Positions 47,601-55,451 of a DNA stretch of 57,527 nt are shown one piece after another. This stretch comes from a virus. Its lineage: Duplodnaviria > Caudoviricetes. The stretch is taken from IMG/VR virus record IMGVR_UViG_3300032309_003728, positions 1 to 57,527 of that record; one strand, given 5' to 3'. A program made the position numbers and the translations under genes. Within the stretch, counting starts at the first letter, position 1; each line of letters opens with the position of its first letter. The notes under the pieces were generated by a model. That model made no database searches. It had not been told where the DNA came from and was given only the letters and a program-made list of their open reading frames with translations.

Positions 47601-50177
47601 AGTAAGGATTGGATTATTGGATGAAAAATAAATAGGTAAATTTGAATTAGAATTAGCTTGTAAATTAAAAGGTAAATCACCTAAACTTTTAAAAGATGGA
47701 ATATTTAATTCTATAAATTGATTTTTTTTGTTTATTGTTAAATTTTGACTAACAGAAACAGCGCTATTATAGTTACTATTGCCCGCTTGACTTGCTGTTA
47801 TAACAACACTTCCTACACCCACAACAGTAACAGTACTTCCGTTTATGGTTGCAACATTGGTATTGCTACTAGTATAAGTTACTGGAAGACTTGAGCTTGC
47901 TGTTGCAGTTAAAGAGAAAGAAGAATCTCCGTAAGTTTTAGTTGGTATACTTGAGAAAGTGATAGTTTGGTTGAGTTTATTAACACTAAAACTTCTGCTT
48001 ACTGGAATTGCTGGTTCAAAATTTGAATTCCCAGTTTGACTTGCAGTTATAGTAACATTTCCAACATTGTTGACTTGTATGCCACTGCCACTTATTATGC
48101 TTGCTATACTAGAATTACTACTGCTATAAGTTAATGGCAAATTAGAATCAGAAAATCCAGAGAGATAAAAAGGAGAAGTTCCGTAATTTTTATCTGAGAT
48201 CTCTGGGAAAGTTATGTTTTGATAAGGTTTGCCAAAAGTACAGTTTGCGACTTTAGGAACATTGAGTTGACCTTGAGTATTATGTCCCCAACCAGTTACT
48301 ATTCCATTTTTTAGTAACGCAAGAGAATGATAATGTCCAGCGACTATGCTAGTCGCATTATTTCCTATTCCAACTGGAGTAGTACTTTGACCAAACGCAT
48401 TATTTCCCCAACCAGTTACTCTTCCATCTTTTAATAGCGCCAAGTTATGATTTTCTCCTCCATCTATACCAACTACTCCAGTTAAACTATTTCCACCTAG
48501 AACTTGGCCATACCCATTATATCCCCAACCAGTAACTCTTCCATTGTCTAATAGCGCCAAGCCATGTATCCCTCCTGCACTTATACCAACTACTCCAGTT
48601 AAACTATTTCCACCTAGAGCCTGACCAAACGAATTATCTCCCCAACCAGTAACTCTTCCATTGTCTAATAGCACCAAGCCATGAAAATTTCCTGCACTTA
48701 CACTAACTACTCCAGTTAAACTATTTCCACCTAGAGCTTGGCCACGACTATTATCTCCCCAACCAGTAACTCTTCCATCTTTTAATAGCGCCAAGCTATG
48801 ATCGTATCCTAAACTTATATCAACTACTCCAGTTAAACTATTTCCACCTAGAGCCTTGTTAAACTTATTATCTCCCCAACCAGTAACTCTTCCATCTTTT
48901 AATAGCGCCAAGCTATGATATTGTCCTGCAGTTACACCAACTACTCCAGTTAAACTATTTCCACCAAGAGCTTGACCACTATTATTCAATCCCCAACCAG
49001 TTATCCTTTCATTTTTAAACAGCGCTAAACTATAAGCATATCCTGCAGCTATTTTTTTTACATAATCACAAACTACATTAAAACTTCTGCTTACTGGAAT
49101 TGCTGGTTCAAAATTTGAATCTCCATTTTGACTTGCAGTTATAGTAACACTTCCAACATTGTTAATCTTTACTTCAGTTGCGCCAGATATACTTGCGATT
49201 AGAGGATTACTGCTACTATAACTTAGCGGCAAGTTAGAGTCTGAAAAACCTGAAAGAAGAAAAACAGGGTCTGCAAAACTCTTGTCTGAGATTTCTGGAA
49301 AAGTTATAGATTGAATACATTTAGGATTAAAAATATTAGTTTGACCAAACTCATTGTATCCCCATCCAGTGACTCTACCATCTTTTAATAACGCAATAGA
49401 ATGCACTAATCCCGCACTAATTTGAGCAGCACCTGTTCCTATACCAACTGGAATAGTAGTTTGACCATAATCACTCCTTCCCCAACCAGTGACCTTGCCA
49501 TCTTTTAGTAATGCAAGAGAAAAACGATATCCTGCTGCAATTTGTATAACACCAGTTAAATTATTCCCTTCTAGAGCTTGACCACCATTATTACTTCCCC
49601 AACCAGTTACAGTTCCATCTTTTAATAACGCAAGAGAATGATCATATCCTGCAGCTACTCCAGCAGCATTAGTTCCTATACCAACTGGAATAGTAATTTG
49701 ACCAAAATCATTACTTCCCCAACCAGTTACTCTACCATCTTTGAGTAACGCAAGAACATATTGATTTCCAGCAGCTATTCCTGTTGCATTATTTCCTATT
49801 CCTACTGGAATAGTAGTTTGACCATCAAGATTATTTCCCCAACCAGTTACTCTACCATCTTTTAGAAGAACGATAGAAAAAGAATCTCCAGCACTTACTG
49901 CTATTGCATTATTTCCTATTCCTACTGGAATATTATTTACATTATAATTATTATTTCCCCAACCAGTTACAGTTCCATTTTTTAATAATGCGATAGAATT
50001 ACTGTCTCCACCAGCTATTGCTGCAGCACCAGTTCCAATACCAATTGGAATATTAATTTGACCACCATCATTTCTTCCCCAACCAGTTACTCTTCCATCT
50101 TTAAAAATAGCAAGAGAAAAAAAATCTCCAGCAGCTATTTTAACAAAATTACCACATACATGACTTTGATAACTCAT
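44607..50177 (-). CDS. large putative tail fibre/adhesin: two RCC1-like 7-blade propellers, multiple Ig-like domains, Cys-rich C-terminus
   Basis: 1856 aa; 2 x 7 GWG repeats; about 5 Q.ITF...Y.SSN..(V/I)A...G..TITA.Q Ig repeats. Confidence 0.78.
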   Translation of the reverse strand: MSYQSHVCGNFVKIAAGDFFSLAIFKDGRVTGWGRNDGGQINIPIGIGTGAAAIAGGDSNSIALLKNGTVTGWGNNNYNVNNIPVGIGNNAIAVSAGDSFSIVLLKDGRVTGWGNNLDGQTTIPVGIGNNATGIAAGNQYVLALLKDGRVTGWGSNDFGQITIPVGIGTNAAGVAAGYDHSLALLKDGTVTGWGSNNGGQALEGNNLTGVIQIAAGYRFSLALLKDGKVTGWGRSDYGQTTIPVGIGTGAAQISAGLVHSIALLKDGRVTGWGYNEFGQTNIFNPKCIQSITFPEISDKSFADPVFLLSGFSDSNLPLSYSSSNPLIASISGATEVKINNVGSVTITASQNGDSNFEPAIPVSRSFNVVCDYVKKIAAGYAYSLALFKNERITGWGLNNSGQALGGNSLTGVVGVTAGQYHSLALLKDGRVTGWGDNKFNKALGGNSLTGVVDISLGYDHSLALLKDGRVTGWGDNSRGQALGGNSLTGVVSVSAGNFHGLVLLDNGRVTGWGDNSFGQALGGNSLTGVVGISAGGIHGLALLDNGRVTGWGYNGYGQVLGGNSLTGVVGIDGGENHNLALLKDGRVTGWGNNAFGQSTTPVGIGNNATSIVAGHYHSLALLKNGIVTGWGHNTQGQLNVPKVANCTFGKPYQNITFPEISDKNYGTSPFYLSGFSDSNLPLTYSSSNSSIASIISGSGIQVNNVGNVTITASQTGNSNFEPAIPVSRSFSVNKLNQTITFSSIPTKTYGDSSFSLTATASSSLPVTYTSSNTNVATINGSTVTVVGVGSVVITASQAGNSNYNSAVSVSQNLTINKKNQFIELNIPSFKSLGDLPFNLQANSNSNLPIYFSSNNPILTIQGNLATINDIGIVAITAYQEDDQNWIAAETTASIVIKKTSKLEFPKIEYKKLEDPSFNLNVTTDNNEVNIQYQSSDSSIAQVSSIGDVTILKAGTVTITAKQNETTSFFQNSISRELFIDKSLLTIEPIEQSRFYTNYSAQKYSNRIDNEIYNLYLPKAYESHTLLLDLNLYGFDEDDMADCDIEMNAFILKTGLFGEVVKNPTILNVEIKNLLPPTGILFDINDILKERNILKNIQVNNTLHYNTSYYKNNTIYSDKRFNFIKNEIFISKPAASRGKNIPYPLLFEYKNPVSNLAYNIGEYSLAIFDENDNKIKDGNFITGTETGFFTFLNPGKYNLILSGNEKDFLINETNRNKKNENLHAVSLNIKSLTEQKIREIYKQNYDEVWASYYLDYRDLPSGSYALNNQAPIAFNIDFERNTSGSIESPSLSFKEYTGYYENNCSSSTRIIISDPICTKSLRFICRLGASYELSGFRQMDIPRNNFPKSKYNVIGPSPINTSTDITKQLETDTLERTLLTYLEDPADPNYYTIAIDDNLKDTCCYCKGEDDWEDPTAYIQGQIYSGISVSDSGDAIYNNVYFMDDISPKGLDLKYNNSYYSGQITYKAFEEGDKVLFNQYQFDFNAVFKGVYDVDDIPFEKQAVAKEFIFSENLTGQNYFSGKNDLINKINNELAFKKYYTWIPFKNNPNIEFNYGPLLSGQNGGLNSNNEEIINLVALNSGKFGAFNIKLELTPRNKVYSYMVPKIIKLQISEDGENWIDVVSSEDRQPINTYLNSPNDTVFPPIEDTNIKYENLQDETITITQKITISSETSSQNKNTSDIEDLSGLATGLWSVSPYNTGNKNYLGNSSNNNSLICIPSITGSGILCGKGYTDFIIGNVSEKGGFKCTVSEEEPEDCGIWKPSGDYLSLKCDPELINKPKYLGYSGNCCSGIYDPIKRPTGWCCSGIYQNGVNEIGCKPCEDITDAPVDENKKEETIEVKKDVNVFRLGFYDYNS
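48400..49000 (-). repeat. 117-bp near-identical tandem repeats (GGNSLTGVV-type RCC1 blades)
   Basis: CCCCAACCAGTAACTCTTCCAT recurs at about 48523, 48640, 48757 and 48874 (period 117). Confidence 0.85.
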
Positions 50178-50208
50178 CTTATTTTATTTCCTTTTACCTT
50201 TTATTAAA

Positions 50209-50214
50209 TTACAC
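50209..50214 (-). promoter_or_regulatory. GTGTAA motif, candidate late promoter
   Basis: GTGTAATTTAATAAAAGGTAAAAGGAAAT...ATG 50177. Confidence 0.55.
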
Positions 50215-50225
50215 TTCATGGTTTT

Positions 50226-51911
50226 TTAATTACTAGAAGAACTAGAAGAAATAATACTATTATAAAACTCTGTGTTATTATTTTTATAAATTTTTGGCAA
50301 ACCATCAAAATCTGAATCATACTCTAATGGCTCTATTCCTTTGTACAAACCACTATATATGTGTCCAAAATAACCTTCTAATGGTATAAAAGATATATCT
50401 TCTAGTATTTTGTATCCTCTTAGATTTAAATATTCAAGCTCATAAGGTGAGTTTACATATTTTACAATATCATTTTTATTTTCATTTATTTGGCCAGTTG
50501 TATAATTGTTGTATTCATTATTTTTGTATAAAGGTTTTAGTTTTTTATTAGGGATTTGAATATTACTTAAAAGTAAAAATTCTCCTGAATTATTTAAATC
50601 AAAACCAAAATTTATGCTACTTGAACTACTCGAACTACTACTTGAACTACTACTACTACTACTCGAACTACTACTAGAAGATTCTTGGTATCCAGAAAAA
50701 ATATAAGCAGATCCTGCGACAACTATACCTGGTGCGTTTGCGTCTGCTGCTCCAATCAATAAAATATTACCTTCAGAGTTTATACTAACACTTCTACCAA
50801 AAGCGTTATACGCTGAAGTATCGTTTGCTGTTATTTTTTTAATCTCAACCCAATTATTTCCATTTTTTGAAAAAATATAACAACTACCCCCATCAATAAT
50901 TCCTCCTATATTATCTAAAGGCGCACCAATAACAACAGTATCTCCAGCCTCATTTATATCTACATCTCTGCCAAAACGAGTCTCAGTTTTTCCTCCTAAA
51001 TCAAAATCACTTCCTTCTAAATTAGCTGTTTCAACCCAATCATTTTGATCATAAGAGAAAATATAAGCTCCTCCAGCTCGGCTCATTCCTTTTACGTCTT
51101 TGAAATAACACCCAATCGCTAAAGTATTTCCAGCTGTATTCATAGAACAACTTCTTCCAAAACGAGCATTTTGCAATTTGTCGCTTGCTGTTATCTTTTT
51201 ACTTTGAGTCCAATTTGTTCCATATCCTGTAAAGATATAAGCGCACCCTGCGTTTGTGATACCATCAGGATCTGCGCTATAAGCTGTTATTGCTGCAACA
51301 TTACCTTGACCATTCAAACAAACGCTTGTTCCAAAATTATCATCAGCTTTAGAGTCACTTCCTGTTATTTTTGCTACTTGAGTCCAATTTAATCCATATC
51401 CTGTAAAAATATAAGCGCTACCTGCATTTGTGGTATTATTTGGGTCAGAAAAATATGATCCAATTACAGCAACATTTCCAGCGGAATTCAAAGCCACACT
51501 AAAACCAAATTCATCATAAGCTTGAGAGTCACTTGCTGTTATTTTTGCTACTTGAGTCCAATCATTTCCATTTTTAGATCCAGTAAATATATAAGCCGCA
51601 CCAGCTCTTATTAAATTATTTACAGTTTTATAATGTGCTCCAACAATAGCAATATTTCCAGAAGAATTTAAAGCGACACTAAAACCAAATCCATCATTAG
51701 CTACAGCATCATTAGACTTTAATTCTGCTACTGAATACCAATTATCGTAGTAATTACTAAAAATATAGGCGCCGTTAGGAGTTGTAGCCTCATCTTCTGT
51801 TCCTATAATCGCTATATCGCCCAATCTATTAAGAGATAATGATTGACTAAATGTTCCATTCGCTTTTGGTGAAGGGCTTTGTATTTTATATTTTTGTATA
51901 TAATTTTGCAT
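50226..51911 (-). CDS. FG-GAP (integrin-alpha-like) beta-propeller protein with poly-Ser linker
   Basis: Repeats FG.SV.LN..G...(V/I)GA......AG.AYIF; about 22 Ser at 50616-50681. Confidence 0.8.
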   Translation of the reverse strand: MQNYIQKYKIQSPSPKANGTFSQSLSLNRLGDIAIIGTEDEATTPNGAYIFSNYYDNWYSVAELKSNDAVANDGFGFSVALNSSGNIAIVGAHYKTVNNLIRAGAAYIFTGSKNGNDWTQVAKITASDSQAYDEFGFSVALNSAGNVAVIGSYFSDPNNTTNAGSAYIFTGYGLNWTQVAKITGSDSKADDNFGTSVCLNGQGNVAAITAYSADPDGITNAGCAYIFTGYGTNWTQSKKITASDKLQNARFGRSCSMNTAGNTLAIGCYFKDVKGMSRAGGAYIFSYDQNDWVETANLEGSDFDLGGKTETRFGRDVDINEAGDTVVIGAPLDNIGGIIDGGSCYIFSKNGNNWVEIKKITANDTSAYNAFGRSVSINSEGNILLIGAADANAPGIVVAGSAYIFSGYQESSSSSSSSSSSSSSSSSSSSSSINFGFDLNNSGEFLLLSNIQIPNKKLKPLYKNNEYNNYTTGQINENKNDIVKYVNSPYELEYLNLRGYKILEDISFIPLEGYFGHIYSGLYKGIEPLEYDSDFDGLPKIYKNNNTEFYNSIISSSSSSN

Positions 51912-51913
51912 AA

Positions 51914-54900
51914 TTATAACTTTCTTTCAATTTGATAATTTTCGTCAGAGTAAAATTCTTTTTCGTATTTAAAAATTCCGCTTAATTTTTGATTGAAGAA
52001 TACAAAATCTCCTGTTTCAATGTTTTCTTGATTAATATTAAGTAATTTATTAACTGTATAATCATTTATTATTTTTGTTGGGTTATAGTATATTTGTATA
52101 TCTCCAGAAAACATATTATTTAAACCTGTTGTTAAACTAATTCTTGAAACACAATTTGGGCAATATGAAAGCTTATAACCTGGAGGTTGGTAAAGATTGT
52201 CTTCATCAAGACTATTATAACTAGAAAAGGTAATATTTGACACTATATCATAAAGCTGTTTAATATCTTTAAATTCATAAGTGTATTTTCCAGTAGGATT
52301 TAAAGTATAATTTAAAGATTGCCCAAAATAATCAAAAGAAAATGGATAATCTATAATAGCACCATCATATTTCACTAAATTAACACTTAATGTATCTTTT
52401 CTATTGTATAGATTAGACTCAAAAGTATTTCCACCTGTTGGTGTAGATAAAAGAGCAAGAACACCAACTTTATTAGAGCTTATAAAAGAATTTTCTTCTG
52501 AAACAAGAAAAGAAGACGCAGATAGTAATTTGTTTGGTATAAAATATCTTGAACCATTATGTTGAGCCCCAAAGCAAAGTAATTTAATATTATGTTTTAA
52601 TTTATATTCTTTAGATATAATTTTTATTTCTCCTCCAAAATAATCATTATTTTCGCTCATATAATACAAAGTTTTAGTTGATTTAAATTCTTTTGGTATA
52701 TTAATTGTTAAAAGCCTATCTACACCAGGAGATCCTTTTATAGTTATGTATTTGTCTAGTTTTTTATTTTTTAAAGGGTCAAAATATATATTCAATGGAT
52801 TACTAGAATTACTAGGGTCTAATTGATCTATTATATAAGTTTTGCCTTTTTCTAAATAAATAATTGGGGCTTCTGTATCGTTGATTGAATAAGTCTGTGG
52901 ATGGCCCATTTTATAATATATATTACCTGCTGTTTTATTAAAAACCCTAACTGTGAAATTAGCGCCAACATAAAATAATAAAGTTTTACTTGATTGTCCT
53001 TCGTCGTTGTAACATGTTATTTGTACATTGTAAGACCCAATATGTCTTGGTTGGCACATTCCTGATATTAGACCAGTTAATTGATTAATTTTTAATCCTA
53101 TAGGTAAATTTTGAGCGATAAATTTTTTAGCTCCAGGAGCATCTACTTGATAGGAAAATTTTTTTTCAATATACGCTTGTATTCTATTTCCATCATAACT
53201 TATTAAAGGTGGAATTTTTAATATAATATTTTTTTGAGAAGATATATTATTTCTTGTAGCAGTAATTATAACTGTGTATTTTCCATTTATTAATTTGCTT
53301 GTTATTTTTCCTGTTATTAATTTTGTTGTTTGATTAAAGCTTAAACCGTTTGGTAGGTTCTGAACGATAATAATTGTTTCACCGTCAAATTCGGTACCAT
53401 TATTATCGTATGATATTAGTAAATTATAGTTTTGATTATGGATTATAGCTATTTCTAATTCACTATTTAATATTCTTGGAGCAACAGAAATATTTAAATC
53501 TTTTGTATATTCAATATTATTTTTTGTTATTTTTAAAGTTATAGGTTCTAGAGTCTGTCCAGCTTCTGCGTTTAAGATGCCAGTTATTTTTTTTGTTGAA
53601 TTATCAAAATTTAAAAATGAATGTAAATTATCTACTTCAAAAGTATCTGGTTCTCCTAAAGCTTTAATTTCATAAGAAAATAATTCGTTGGTTGCAGATA
53701 TCACATTAGAAGCGCTAATAATATCTAAAAAATATAATTTAAGTATTTTTGTAGCTTCAATATCATTAAATTTTGCTTTAATTTCTATCTCATATGTTCC
53801 TGGTTGATTTAAAATCCCAGATATAACTCCATTATCTTGGTCTATATCTAGTCCTAAAGTATTTATATTACTTCCATTTTTAAGTTTAGCTTCATATTTG
53901 GTTGCTGAACCTTGTACTTCTATATTATACTCTACTTCTCCATTTACTAACGAAACGGCTTCAAGTGAACTTATAATTTTAGGCTTTATTTTTATATTTA
54001 AAACTTTTGTGTCACGATAAACTTTATTGTTTTCTTCTTTTTCTACGCTCAATAGAATTGAAAATTCTCCAACATCTGAAATTGATCCAATTATTTTATC
54101 GTTGTTTAATACCAAACCGTTTGGAAGATTTCCAATGACTGAATATTTTGTGGGCATTCCTTCGGCTATTATGTTGTATTCTATTTGTTCGTTGTATTCA
54201 TATTCTACATTTAATGGACTTATAATTTGTATTTTATCTGTTCTAAAAGCTATAGAAATATTTTTATAAAAATCTCTGGTTTTTATATCTATTCCTTTTC
54301 CAGGAATAAAGTCTCCTTGTCTTTTAATGCTATTTTCTCCAGCAAAAGCTATAGCTTTAAGATTAGTATTATTGGTGCTTGTAGTTAGATTTATTTTTAT
54401 TATCTTTGATTCTTCTGATTGGCTGCTTTTTTTACATGTGTATAAATTTTGTTCGCGATCATCTAAAATTATTTTTGAATTTACGCTAAAAACATCTCCT
54501 TCTCCAAAAGTTTCGCTTTCTTTTTCTATATTTACTATATAATTAGTTTTAAGCATTTCTTTCGCGGCTAATTCTGGAGAAGCTGAACCTAATATAAAAT
54601 TTAAATTTATTTTTCTTAATTTTAAATCTTTGGATACAAAATAGAGATCTCCATTTTTTGATACTACAAAATCCACAATATAGTTAGAAGAATTTATAGT
54701 TTTTACGTTTCCATTTAAATCTATTCTTCTTAGTTGACGATTATCATTGTCTAAGATATATAAATAATTATTAAAATATTTGATGTTTTTAGGGCTATAG
54801 AATAAAACGTTATCCTTATTGCCATCTTTATATTGATTGTATTGAGCTAATAATTCATTTGGTCCAAGAAATGTATCAGATGGTTGACCACATAATTTTG

Positions 54901-55414
54901 ATATTACCCCAGAAGATATTTTATAAATAGCATAAGATCCATTTAATATAACATAAATATTATTGTTATCATCTACAGCTATACTTTCTATAGATGTTAA
55001 ATCAGGAAAATTTGTATCGTATTCTTTTTTATTATTAACGTATCCTCCTACATCTGAATTATTATTTTTATCATAATAAGTAGGATAATTAAAAATAGTA
55101 GATATATTATTATCAATATCTATTTTATTTATTTTTCTATCTATAGAGGAACAAGTATATAAGTTTCCATATTTATCTGAGCAAATATTATTTGGGTTTC
55201 TTGCTAAACCATCTTTAGCTACAGTAATTAATCCATTACTTCTAGTAGCACAAATTAAATAATTTTTATTAGTAACTTGCCAATTTTCATTAATTATAGG
55301 AGAAGAGCACAGATTATCCTTTACTTTCCATAAAATTCCTACTGAATTTATAGGGCTATTCCCATTATAAATAGGGTCTAAGCCTAATCTATCATCAATT
55401 ACATATAATGCCAT
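51914..55414 (-). CDS. putative virion protein: NHL-like propeller, He_PIG-type Ig repeats, degenerate cupredoxin-like domain
   Basis: NPNNICSDKYGNLY, SIAVDDNNNIYV, YSPKNI; LP.GL.(I/F)N..TG.I.G Ig repeats; LEKGKTY..D..DPSN..NPL. Confidence 0.72.
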   Translation of the reverse strand: MALYVIDDRLGLDPIYNGNSPINSVGILWKVKDNLCSSPIINENWQVTNKNYLICATRSNGLITVAKDGLARNPNNICSDKYGNLYTCSSIDRKINKIDIDNNISTIFNYPTYYDKNNNSDVGGYVNNKKEYDTNFPDLTSIESIAVDDNNNIYVILNGSYAIYKISSGVISKLCGQPSDTFLGPNELLAQYNQYKDGNKDNVLFYSPKNIKYFNNYLYILDNDNRQLRRIDLNGNVKTINSSNYIVDFVVSKNGDLYFVSKDLKLRKINLNFILGSASPELAAKEMLKTNYIVNIEKESETFGEGDVFSVNSKIILDDREQNLYTCKKSSQSEESKIIKINLTTSTNNTNLKAIAFAGENSIKRQGDFIPGKGIDIKTRDFYKNISIAFRTDKIQIISPLNVEYEYNEQIEYNIIAEGMPTKYSVIGNLPNGLVLNNDKIIGSISDVGEFSILLSVEKEENNKVYRDTKVLNIKIKPKIISSLEAVSLVNGEVEYNIEVQGSATKYEAKLKNGSNINTLGLDIDQDNGVISGILNQPGTYEIEIKAKFNDIEATKILKLYFLDIISASNVISATNELFSYEIKALGEPDTFEVDNLHSFLNFDNSTKKITGILNAEAGQTLEPITLKITKNNIEYTKDLNISVAPRILNSELEIAIIHNQNYNLLISYDNNGTEFDGETIIIVQNLPNGLSFNQTTKLITGKITSKLINGKYTVIITATRNNISSQKNIILKIPPLISYDGNRIQAYIEKKFSYQVDAPGAKKFIAQNLPIGLKINQLTGLISGMCQPRHIGSYNVQITCYNDEGQSSKTLLFYVGANFTVRVFNKTAGNIYYKMGHPQTYSINDTEAPIIYLEKGKTYIIDQLDPSNSSNPLNIYFDPLKNKKLDKYITIKGSPGVDRLLTINIPKEFKSTKTLYYMSENNDYFGGEIKIISKEYKLKHNIKLLCFGAQHNGSRYFIPNKLLSASSFLVSEENSFISSNKVGVLALLSTPTGGNTFESNLYNRKDTLSVNLVKYDGAIIDYPFSFDYFGQSLNYTLNPTGKYTYEFKDIKQLYDIVSNITFSSYNSLDEDNLYQPPGYKLSYCPNCVSRISLTTGLNNMFSGDIQIYYNPTKIINDYTVNKLLNINQENIETGDFVFFNQKLSGIFKYEKEFYSDENYQIERKL

Positions 55415-55438
55415 ACATCCTTTTTCCTTTAATGTAAT

Positions 55439-55444
55439 TTACAC
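55439..55444 (-). promoter_or_regulatory. GTGTAA motif, candidate late promoter
   Basis: GTGTAAATTACATTAAAGGAAAAAGGATGTATG before 55414. Confidence 0.55.
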
Positions 55445-55451
55445 TTATAAA

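Noticed and set aside
41010-54542. Short + strand ORFs in the ORF track (41010, 41439, 43836, 46456, 46891, 51171, 54027, 54327)
   Set aside because: They are antisense shadows of long repetitive minus-strand genes, with no promoters, RBS or protein-like motifs. The same applies to nested ORFs such as 5135, 7099, 12302, 14928, 21034 and 36408.
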